This document shows, piece after piece, positions 24,901 through 36,700 of a stretch of DNA of 64,000 bases (within the stretch, counting starts at the first letter, position 1; every line of letters begins with the position of its first letter). The notes under the pieces were generated by a model. That model saw only the letters and a program-made list of their open reading frames with translations. It was not told the DNA's origin and searched no databases. This DNA comes from Marsupella aquatica (taxonomy: Eukaryota > Plantae > Marchantiophyta): positions 17,844,754 to 17,908,753 of the forward strand of contig OZ316896.1 in assembly GCA_973895155.1 (NCBI GenBank), given 5' to 3'. Made by a program: the position numbers and the translations under genes.

Positions 24901-27781
24901 TTGTTGATGGCTTTTTCTGGAGAATGGTTTTGCGGATTGTTGGTGGCTTTCTCCGGAGAATGGGTTTTCGCATTGTTGGTGGCTTTGTGAAAAGTTATTG
25001 TGGAAAAGTTATATTGCAAACCTTCTCGAGATGAATGCTTAGAATTAAATGGATAATTGGGGTTACCTTGTTGAAAGGTATTAGATAAAAGCTCACTTGG
25101 TGTGAATGGATAAATCCTTGTTTTTTGAATTTTTTTAAGTAATAGATATGTAAGCATAGATTACAGTAAAAAAAATTCTCTCAAAGTAATTTGATATTTT
25201 TTGAAGGGCATGGACTCTTTACCCCTATCCGTGAACGCATGACTTATGTATATGTTGGTGCCCCTTTTGGAAATTGTTTGAAACCAGTTCTTACATTGAT
25301 TTGGATTCCAAAAATGGTTTCATGCAAATCTTTTCTTTCTTGCTAGTTCTTGCCACTTCTTTCCCCCAAAAAGGAGCCACTGGTCGTGCCTTGGTAAGTA
25401 AGTTGGCAGATATGTCTGGTTTTTAAACATAGACTAGTAATTCAGTTTTTGGTTCCAATCCCCATCAGCCCACATACATTCAATGAATTATCTACATGCT
25501 AGTCAGGGGTAATTTACTGGAGCAGCTGCAACTCAGAGGGTGAGAATACTTTAAGTAGGTTCATAGTCAATTTAAAGCTCTTAACCTTGAAACTAACAGC
25601 TTGAATTTCTGTACTGTCATAGCTTTCGACCAAGGCCTTCCACGTGGGTGTTCAGCAAAGAGCGGAATGTTCAATTCCGCCCATAGAGGGCCCGAGATTC
25701 AAGTCTAGGGCACAAGTCGACTTTGACTTGCGTCTCCGGTATTTCGATAAAGGGGGGCAACAAAAAAACGAGTATTTTTGTCTCGATCTACCTTCTGTAA
25801 GTAACCCCAAAGCGAAAAATCTCTTGCAACAATTTAAATGCTTGTTAATCAGCATGCCATCAGGTCACACGAAACTCTTACAGTGGAGGGTTACAGTGGA
25901 GGGTTTTGCAGCTTGGCAGAAATACAACATCCCCATTTTGAATCTTAGATTGTTTTTAAAACAAAACGTGTGCGGAACCTTCAGTAACAAATGTCCTAAG
26001 CTGCTTTCAGTGGAGAATGTATAAAAAGTCAGTAAATCGATGATTAAAACATGTTGAAGGAATATAAGTGAGCACAAGCACAACCAGGTCAGATTTTGAC
26101 ATGTCTGCATTAGATGTTTTGAAATGAATCTTGCAGGTAACTTTTTAAAGAAGATTTGCAACTATAGCAGCCTTTGCTATTATCGTGTGCTTCCCCCATG
26201 CATGTGAAGTTCTGAGGCTGACCTATTCTCGCAAGGATATACTACTAATGAGGAGATGAAAGTGAATACATTAAGAATTAAACGAAGATGGTAGTAGAGG
26301 AGGGAGCAAAAGAATATGTTCTAATGAAATATCTTCATTTTATGGGGATTAACTATAAAACTGACTTTTTACTATGGGATATATAAGAGATATTGGGTTA
26401 TGAATGTGGGAGGAGGAGCAAGTGTCGATCCTATTCTCATGACCCTTGTTCTTTTTTGATGTTGCGACAAAGGAGTTTGCCGTATCATTGGTTTGATGAT
26501 GGGATTTGAAGAGCTTTGTATAGTCTAGATACATAGAGCTAAATGTGTAATTGGGTTATTCTTGTTGAAAAAGAACCCAATTAATATCAAACCCTAAAAA
26601 ATAAAAGATCTGATGAAGAGATGGAAAGTTTCACTCTAACAAAACTGGTTTCTGAAAATTTTGGGAAATGTATGTGGGGCGGACTTATAATTGGCCAAAT
26701 GATAGAAAGTTTGTAATCTGAGGAGATGTGTTTGTAGTTTCGAGGTTGTCCATGTGTAGCCCAAGGATATCTTCTAAAAGAGAAGATGAATGTGATTCCA
26801 TTTAGAAACAAAGTCTAAGGTGGCAGGTTATATCCTATCATTTTTAATATTGTTAATCTGGTTTTCAAGGTGCAGTCTAAGACGGAAGTAGAGGACCACG
26901 TACAAGCAAATTTAAAACTGAATCATGCTCAGGAAATATTAATTCAAAGCTGCAGCCTTCATTACTTACTCTGACAGTAGTTAAGCCAAGTGCAAATTAT
27001 GAGAGAAACTAACCTGTTGTTTGGTGCCGTCGATGCCATTTGGTAGGACTTTCCCACCCTGGAAGCAAGCACATTCTGCAAAATGCGAAATCTTAGATAT
27101 CTGGGGTTGTCCAACTTAACCGTTGATCTAACCCATGGTGCAACACTGCCGTCGACACTCGTCTGCCTTCGGATGTATTGGGTGCAGTTTTCTGATTTTC
27201 CTTTCCGCCCAAGCGACCATGAGCGGATGGCCATTCTGCTGATATGGAATTGTCCTGGACTTCGTGCCCTTCCCACTGCTTTTGGCCGACTCTCATCCCT
27301 TCAAGAGTTACGGATTGCTTGGGCTCCTAATTTGAAGAGCTTGCCTGACTCGCTTGGGAGTTTACGAAGGCTGGTATTCCTAGCGTTGGTAGGATGTCCT
27401 AGTCTAGCGGAGTTACCGCAAACATTTCGCCAACTGGTAGCTTTGGAAAATTTACACATACGTGACTGCGATGCTCTTGAGGCCTTGCCAAAGTCGTTTG
27501 GATGTTTACCGAAACTCAAAACTCTGCGTATCATTGGCTGTCGTCGTCTTCACATCCTGCCCGATACATTCCTGGAGCTTCAAAGATTGGAGTCGCTAAA
27601 ACTAGTCTGGACATATTTGCAGAGCATTCCCAACTTGGAGAATCTTAGGTCATTGAAATATCTCCATGTATCTCAGCATGCTCCTCGTATCGAAATCAGT
27701 AGTCTATCAGATTTGATGCGTTGGAAGGCTGAGCGCGAAGCTCGTGAGGTTGAGGAGGAAACTGGTCATGAAGAAAGTTGA
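21980..27781 (+). CDS. HNL copy 2: alpha/beta-hydrolase-NB-ARC-(degenerate ZZ)-LRR, apparently intact
   Basis: Phase-0 exons: 21980-22027 (MAQRASSS..TQ), 22229-22879 (hydrolase, GHSFGG), 23223-23393 (ADHISICRP), 23512-24564 (NB-ARC, MHE), 24808-24861 (DIVAINV..), optional 25623-25796, and 27047-27781 (LRR plus acidic tail). All of these exons are open with GT-AG borders. Confidence 0.88.
25623..25796 (+). CDS. Degenerate ZZ exon of HNL copy 2
   Basis: tgtcatag| acceptor and |gtaagt donor, 174 nt, open frame. FHVGVQQRAECSIPPIEGPRFKSRAQVDFDLRLRYFDKGG..DLPS aligns to the ZZ exon but has RAEC and RLRY in place of the two CxxC pairs. Confidence 0.6.
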
Positions 27782-28180
27782 GCTCTTGCAGACAAATATT
27801 TGTTCAACGCCCATTTCTCTACAGCCGCACCGTGTCGGTTGACGCAAGAAGGGAGGGAAATCGTCGACAAGTAATCTTCTGCGAGCAAGCATGACTCTGG
27901 CTAGTCTCACCCTAATTGAAAGTGCCACAACTGAAACACCTGCGAGGGAGAACCGTCTGGTCTCTGGAGTACGGTGACAATTTGTCGACTCCTTCCTAGA
28001 CAATATATTGTTCAGTATATCTAGACAGGGGAGATGAAGCACATTAGAATTAGAATAATAGTCGCGGAGTAGTGTACAGCTACATCCGCATTGCACATGA
28101 TCACCTGAATCCATGGGCTTGGGAAAGAATTACATGGAGGGATACGTCCAGGTAAATGTGCAATCTCGCCATACTCAAGC
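27782..28180 (+). pseudogene. Decayed LRR repeats after copy 2
   Basis: Colinear with 7480-7880 (caactgaaacacctgcgag, tgaatccat, aaatgtgcaatctcgccatactcaa). Confidence 0.55.
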
Positions 28181-30367
28181 TTAAGTACTGTAAATTTGAT
28201 TTCATCGTAGTGTGCCCAAGCCACATGGTTATGCTTTGGATCTTATTCACATTTGGAATGTTCTGTGCATCCAAGGTCTGACTTCAATGTGCTCTGTACA
28301 CTGGGCGCAGATCTCCGCCTGAGTAGGTACTGGCAGATGCTGATCCCAAATGCGTACTCGATGGAGGAAACATCTGGCAGGGAGTCATGGGAACTTTACA
28401 ATTTTCTCCACTGGTCCGAGGAGGCTCGGGTGCTTCGGGACGAGCTTTAGGTTACCGTTCAATTCGGGGCGACGATGGACGGACGGGAAACGTGACTAGC
28501 AGTGCTAGGGTAGTAAGTTAGCTAGCTTCAGTGTAATTTGCACACCAGATCATCCTGATCGAATTAGATGGCTGGCTCAGTTGAAGGGACATTCTGTAGA
28601 CTACTTGTTTTCTTTTCCAAGGGCTTTCTGAAGGTTGCACTATTCTTCATCGAAATTTGCATGACATGCTGCACCAAGGTCTTCAAGAAGATCGGAATTG
28701 TTCAAAGACACGTTTACAGATTCTGGCCATTCATGAACAAGTTTCTTTCGTGCAATGACCTGTGTAAATGAATGCCTGTAGATAGTCATTCTCCCAATAA
28801 GCATATGCGATCTGAATTACTGCCAATTGGTTACTTGAATCTATAAGCTTGTCCGAGGTATAGGATCAGGACACCTCTTCTCGTTCATCCGAGCACTGAA
28901 GACTTCCAACGAAAGTAAGCGAATTCTCTGTAATCTGTCATTCTGCTCATTGATTACTTAGTGTTTATCCCAGCGAACGATCCGGAACAGAGTCGGTTAG
29001 ATTTGGATCCACAAATTCTCTGACCTTTTTGCTGTCTCACTCCTTGGGATGAACATCCTCGCGAATTTGAAAAGCGTCTGGACCTCTCATTAATTTTGTG
29101 CGCATCGACGATGGATTTTAATCTCAACAATAACAAGCTTTTCGCTTAGTCTGGGGTAGACAACATTCTACATAAGTGTCGATTTGATGCAAGAGTTCAA
29201 GGATTGGAAATGATTTGAACCTCATTGATTGCTCTACAAGAGTTTGGATCAAGCTCCTGTTTCCTCACATATCCATTCACATATCTATTACTGAAATAAA
29301 CTCTAGGTCAGATTCATTCGCAGCATATCAATTTAAATGTCCCTCACGTATATTGTCCAATATTGAGCTAATTTTCGTCCCTATTGTCCTTCAAGCGAAT
29401 CCTTGCTCCAGTTGTAACCTTGATCCACTCTAGCGATATGCAATTCTAGATGATGGATCTGTTCCATACTTTGAAGACAGAATGGACATGGACAGATCAG
29501 TAAAGCATCGCTAGCTTGCACACGAATCCCTCTGTTCTTCCATTCTTCGATCTAAGTATACACTGGCATTCGTGAGCCTATGAGATGGACACAGCCATTT
29601 GGCTAGTATTTATAAGGTCATTCAAATACATTGAAATTGATGCGGCTTTAAAGTACCACGAGGGTCCAGTTACACAACGACACACACACACTAGCAAACT
29701 CCCTAGAATGAATGGATCCACGGATGGCAATGGGAATCCAGGTATTTTTGAGAATTAGGAAGAAATGGATAGGGGATCCCAGGGAAGGCGAATGGATATA
29801 CCAGAGCAGACAACCTCGTTTTAGTTCATTTTAGACGAAGCGTTAGTGGCTATATGCCATCCAAATTGTCGGCTGCTTTTAATAATAAGTATTTCCAAGA
29901 TGCTTTGCAATTTTCCAGAGTCTGTAGATTGTCTGGTACTTCAACTTTTGAAAAAGTTATCACAAACGCTTCTTGTTGCATGTTGTCGTGAGATTGAATG
30001 GTTGAACAGTCATTGATGAGGCAGCAGAGGACCACTATATGGCTCTGGGCAGTGAACCAAACAAGAAAATCAAGTCATAGACGTCTTGGATCAACTTCTA
30101 CATTAAGGTATGGTTCGACAGCTCTTGGAATTGTATTCTTTTGAAACTACACTTTCTCTTTTGACACTCGTGCACGTTATGAATTTTGGAGCATTTAGCT
30201 TAAAAAAATTTAAAATGCATTTGATGTAGTTGGAACGCTGAATAAGAATTTTGCAACGGCTGACATTAATGCTGGATAATACCAACAATTTTTGAAGATC
30301 TGGCTAACCTTTGAATTTCATCTGTGAACAGTTAATGTCAGCGTCAATCTTCTTGAACACCCACTAA

Positions 30368-31782
30368 GGAGGAAGCTTTCACCTCTACGTTATAGGGGAA
30401 AATATCATTTCACAGCCCTGCAATACCAATATTCAATTCAAGCAGGTACTATCTTTCCTTGAAACTTTTTTATTTTAATCAGGTACTATCTTTGATCAGT
30501 ACTTCTTTGGAAATACCCGTTTTGTTTTGAGGTACTTGCGACAATATGCTGCCGGACAATCGATCTCCATCATCAGTATTTGAATTGATCTATCCGGAAG
30601 TGTTCTGATTTTGTGCTGTATCCAATTTGAGCTCTGTACAGAAATTTTGTATGCTTACAGTACGTTGGCGTGCTTCGGTTTTACAGCTTAATGAATCTCT
30701 CTTTGAACTCCACAAACCGAGAGGGCAACCTAGTCTCGTGGTCTTATTCTTTCACGACTTTCAGCATGGAAGCTATGAAAATGCCCATTTATCAACATGG
30801 AAAACTGAGGATGGATCATCCACATGGCTCCAGACTTGGCTGGTTGAAGACGACCAGTACCCCGACGCTCACATCCTTTCTGTTGCGTATAATGCTAGCT
30901 TGATGAAAAGCCAGCAAGGAGGAAGTTTGACCTATACATCATTGGAGAAAATATTTTGTCAGATTTGCTACAAGCAGATGTCGGGCAACTGCCACTCTGT
31001 CCTATAGTATTGGTAGGACACAGTTTTGGGGGCCTAGTGCTGAAGGAATTGTGTATTCAAGCAAATAAGAGGGGAAGCAGGGGTAGCTCTAAGCACAAAA
31101 CATTTCTGGAAAGTGTAAAGGGGGTCTTTTTCTATTCCACTCCTCATCATGGGATTTCAAGAGAGATTTCTGAGTATTTTTTGAGCAGAATAAATCAACC
31201 GTTATTGGAATATGTAGAAATTCTCAGCACATCCGCAGCAAGATTCCATGAAGACTTTGAGATGCTTCGGAAGCAGTGGGCTTGGAAGACGGCAGGAATA
31301 GGAGAAGGTTCTGGCACCGAATTGGTAGGGACATTCTCCCTAGCTTGAGCAATCATATGTAATGGAAATGTATTATCTTTATCACACTGCTTATGGAGAA
31401 ATCTCCGATTGCTAAAACAAAAAGTGATCAGCAGATACTAGTTATGCTAAAACATTTCTGGACCGTTTGCTGAGTATGTTACTTCAATTCCTGTTATACT
31501 AGAATACAATGTGCTGTACGAATTTGGTCTATGCTCACTGTTAAGTTCAATTGTATGGACAGGTTGTAATCCGGTTCCGAAGTTACTTACAGAAGTGGTA
31601 TCTTCGAGATTCGATAAAGAGTAATTTCTTTGAAGGATATGATAGATACTTGAGTGGATCGTCACTTGGTTGTCTGTGTGCAGAGCACGTCTAATACAAA
31701 GATAGTCGTACCAGAGGGATCGTCAAGGTATGGTGACACTTTTGTTATCGCGCCAAAGGCTGATCATATATCAATCTGTCGG
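30368..31782 (+). pseudogene. HNL copy 4: truncated hydrolase-only relic (copy 1 type)
   Basis: Near-identical to 1583-2948. Lacks the exon 1 start, has a frameshift at ~30925 (ggaagtttg vs ggaagctttg) and an FHG->FHD change, and breaks off after ICR at ~31782. Preceded by a stray 43-bp hydrolase fragment (30368-30410). Confidence 0.85.
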
Positions 31783-32759
31783 CTAATGTTGGCCAATCTG
31801 TCGGTTAATATTAATGTCCCAAATGGTTTTTAATATCATCCAATTTAATATTTAATTTTCCCAAATTTTCATTTTTTGTCCCCAAATTTACATTTAATGA
31901 TGCTTAAATTTTCATTTTTCATCTTCAAAATATATTTACAATTTTCATGCCTAAAACTATGTTTTTAAATCTCCAAATTTCATTATATTCTTTTATCATT
32001 TCAGTTTTAATGATAAAGTGTGTATAGATCTAGATTAATCGTCTCAAAGCTCTGGGTCTCGTTAATCCACACGAGTAGGAAATTCAATTGAAAGTGAGAG
32101 GGTAGGAGACCAGGCAAGAGGGTCAGACACCGGAACCCCCCAGGCAGCACCAGTAGCTCCAAATGAGCACCGGGCCATGAACACAAAATTGCCGATGCTC
32201 GAGGCTTTTCGCAAGTCAGAGGGTGAGCCCTCCAGGGAAGACTATATCACTAAACCACCACCTGAACGTCTCGTAGCAAAACTCCACCTATAATGTCGTT
32301 ACTCTCGCTCGAATTGAGAATGAAATCACTTGTTGTCAATTGAAATCAAATTAAAGTGTACAAACATCTTTCGAGAACCAACGTCAACAAAACTCGCTCG
32401 TTTCTGGTAGATACTTTATAATCTACATGCTGAGAAGAGAACATGGCGACGCACATAAGGTATCTTTCCTCTCGTAGAGAAGTATAAAGAGGGCATCTAA
32501 AAGCGCGCCCCCTCCCCCCCCCCCCCCCCGCCCCTGCTGTGATGTAGGTTCTCTTGTCGGTGACGCAGGTGAAGGCTATCAGTGTAATTGCCTTGAGTAT
32601 CCTCGTAATCGATGCTGAAATCCTGCGCGCAAATTCAATTCAAAGCTCGTGAATCCATTCTGGTTCAAATGGATGTTTGCGACCTTTCAGTAGATCATGC
32701 TAGCAACGACTAAGCGACTACTCCTCAGTCTGCAGTCAAGCACGTACTACCCAACGGCA

Positions 32760-33764
32760 AAAGTCATTCAGGCTGAGATCTGAGTTTAAAACTCACCTGT
32801 AGACTGTTCCTAGGAAACGCAAATTTTGCTCTGCTTTCATGTCCCTTGTCTGGATCACCGTACTCCATGACCAACAGTGTTTCACTAACAGGCGTTTCAG
32901 TTGTGCAATTCCCGATCCCGGTGGAACTAATCTACTAGCCAGATGGATCACACCAGAATCAAGATAGGAAGAACCTGTTGCCTCCAAAAGTCAATCTATC
33001 AAGAATTTGGGGTTGGCAGAGGACATAACCAATCTGTTCCGAACGTAAACGTTCCAGAAGTTCTAATCTTTGGACTCGCCAGAGTGATGTTAATGCTGGA
33101 AGATTACTTGCCGATGATGCCCCTTCCTTTCTCCAGATTGAGATGGACTGCCAGGAGATGTGGCAGACAAATGGCCGTTCGACAATTCACAGCCTGCAAG
33201 TGCTCCATTCTCGTTGCGACCACTTTCCACAGCCCAAGACAACCAGGATTCTTTCAACAGCGGAAAACTCTTTTTAAGCCAGGAATGCTCTCCAAATATG
33301 TCCTTAGTAAGCCTAAGGGCTCGAGTCTCTGAAGGTACAGGAATGCATTAGGTAGGTGGAGAATAGCGAGATTGCACATTTATCTGGACCTTTCTTTCCA
33401 CGTAAATCTTTCCCAAGCCGATGGATTCAAGGGATCACGTGCAATCCGGATGTAGCTGTAGACTGCTCCCGACAATTATTCCAATGCTACTGTGCTTCAT
33501 CTCCCATGTCTTGCTCCACTGAACAATATAGTAGGAATGAGCTCGGGAAGGAGTCGATAAATTGTCGCCGTTCTCAGATACCAGACGTGTTTTACTCGCC
33601 GGTGTTTCAGTTGTTCACTTTCCAAGCCGGACGAGACTAGCCAGAGTGATGTTTACTGGTACAACATTACTTGCAGATGATTGCCCTTCCCCCGTCAGTC
33701 AGCCGATACGGTGTGCGAGTAGAGAATGGCCGTTGGATAAATATTTGTCTGCAAGAGCTCAACT
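32760..33764 (-). pseudogene. Decayed LRR repeats after copy 3
   Basis: Reverse complement is colinear with 7480-8470. Confidence 0.55.
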
Positions 33765-36700
33765 TTATTCATGACGAGTTTCCTCCTCAACCTCACGAGC
33801 TTCACTCTCAGCCTTCCAACGAATAAAATCGGATAGACTATCGATTCCGATACGAGGAGCATCCTGATGTACATCGAGATCTTTCAATGACCTAAGATTC
33901 CCCAAGTTGGGAATGCTCTGCAAATATGTCCCGTCTAGATTTAACGACTCCAATCCTTGAAGCTCCAGGAATGTATCGGGCAGGGTGTGAAGACCACGAC
34001 AGCCTCCGATAGACAGAATTTTGAGTTTTGGTAAAAATCCAAACGACTTTGGCAAGGCTGATAGACCATCACAGTAAATTATTCTTAACTTTTTCAAAGA
34101 TACCAATTGGCCAAATGTTTGCGGTAACTCCGCTAGACTAAGACAATCGGATAGCCGTAGATTTGAGAGCTTTCGTAAATTCCCAATCGAGTCAGGCAAG
34201 GTCTTCAAATAAGGAGCCCCAGCAATATTTAACACTTGCAGGGAAGAGAGTCGGCCCAAAGTAGTGGGAAGGGTACGAAGTCCAGGACAATCCCTTATCC
34301 TCAGAATGGCCATCCGCTCATGGTCGCTTGGACGGAAAGGAAAATCAGAAAACTGCACTCGACGCATCCTAAGGGAGACGAGTGTCGACGGCAGTGTTGC
34401 ACCATGAGTTTGATCAATGCTTAAGGCGCGCATCTCCAGATATCTCAGATTTCGCATTTCGCACAATGTGCTTCCTTCAAGAGGGGGGAAGTCCTACCAA
34501 ATACCATCGACGGCACCAGACAACAGGTTAGTTTTTCTAACTACTGTAAGCGGACCTAATGAAGGCCGCAGCTTTGAATTACTCCTAAATAGTGATGATT
34601 CACGAAATTTGCTGGTACTTGGTCCTCTACTACCGTCATAGACTTTACCTTGAAAATCAGAATTAAAACAATAAAACAGATTACAACCTACCTTCTTAGA
34701 CTTTGTTTATGAATGTCATCACATTTATTCTTTACCTTTTCGAACGAATCTTTGGGAGACACGTGGACAACCTCAAAACTACAGATATATCCGAGCAGAC
34801 AGTCAAAGCTTTCTAGCATTTGGTCATCTTAGAAATCCACAGACAATTTCTATAAATTTTGAGAAAAATCTTTCGTTATCCTGATAAGTTCCATCGCTTC
34901 AGAAGATTTTATTATTATTACTACCTTAAAGTAAGAAGTTTTAACCATTCACACCAAACTACAGTAGCTCTTCATGTTGGACCATCTGAGAAGAAAAACT
35001 CAAATACACCTTTAGTTTCATTTACTCATCTAATCTATACTAAGGCCTGGGTTAGAGTGCTTTTCCACAATAACTTTTCCAAAATCTCACCAACAAACTC
35101 ATCATGCCCCAGGGTTTTCCCTTCGTCAAGAAAAGGTAACAACAAACCTCATCAGAATGTGATTGTACATTTCCTCTGCGGCCCTCACCGAAAGCTCGAT
35201 AATCCTACAAATCCCAACTCAAAAGGTCAGTTTTTATTTCATCCCCATAGAATCAAAACAATCCAATAGAAAATATTCCTGTGCTCATTCCTCTACAAGC
35301 GTCTGAGAATTTGCTTCTAAATGTAACCACTTTCATCTCCTCTTTATGAGTATATCCTTGGGGGAGTAGGACAGCCTCAACACTCCTGATGCCTCGGGAG
35401 AGCACGCCATATTAGCAAAGACACTATGGGTCAAAAGTTTCACCATTGTACGCAGATTCGTTTCAAAACATCAGGTGCAGGCATGTCAGAGGTTTGACAT
35501 GTTTGTGCTAGAGCTATCTGATCTTCCTTCAACCTCTTTTAATGAAATCACTTCACTGACTTGTATACTTTCTACATCATTTGAAAGTAGCTCAATTAGG
35601 ACATCTGTTCCAGAAGGTGGATCATGCACTCTGTTTCAATACATTCTAATATTCCAACGGGAATGCTGTGTTTGCTTCCAGCCAAACCTTCAATAGTAAA
35701 AGTTTTGTGTGAGCAGATGAAATACTCATTAAAAATATCTTTAATTCTTTTAAGAGGTCGGTCAGTCGCTTGCGGTTACTTACAATAGGTACATCAATAC
35801 GAACATACTGGTCTTTTCTGTGACCGCCCTTCTCAAAACACCCGACACACAAATCATAGTCATATTGTACCATAGACTTGAATCTCGGGCCCTGTATGGG
35901 TTTTATTCTACACTCGTCACAATGTATATACTTGTGGACGACCCTGGTGGAAGTCTCTGCTGTTGAGTTTTCTGGTAGAGTTCTGTTTTTGGTGTCCCCA
36001 GTATTAACGGGAGTGACGCTTTCCTGAACAAAGTAGAAAAATTCAAGGTTAAGAGTTACAGCTGACCAGCTATGAAACAGTTTTTAAATATTCTGACCTT
36101 CTGAAGTTGCATCTGCTCCAGCAAATTGCCTCTAGCATACAGATGATTTCCTAGACTTGGAATGTAGTGAAACTAATGGAAATTAAAACCAAACAACACA
36201 GAATTACCATTCAATATCTCTCATCCGGTTTTCTAACATTGGTCAAAATAGATCTTCTCGCAATTGAAAGGTCATGACTGTGTTTGTGCAGTTCAGCAAA
36301 ACAAATTCAAAAAGAACCTATCTGCTTAACCAGGGATGTGTAGTTTGCTTGACCAGACATGACCTATGGCTCATTTTTGACAAAAAAGTGGCCTGAATGA
36401 AGAAAGCAGGTAGTGAAAGAAAAGATTTGCATGGAAACTTTTTTCAGAAAAATTCAAAAACAAGCACCAACACATACTGACAGAACCTCACGAGTCCACG
36501 CATTTTTAAAAATATTCACTTCGAGAAAAACCATTTCAGTTTGTGGCTAAGATCAGACCTCTCTCGTAAAACAATTCCAAGTAAACAAGGATTTATACAT
36601 TCACACCAAATGGACTCTTCATTGAGTACCTTACTATCAAAAAGAAGATCACAAGTATCCATTTTAATTAGTTCTAAATATTCATTTAGAGAAGTCTTGT

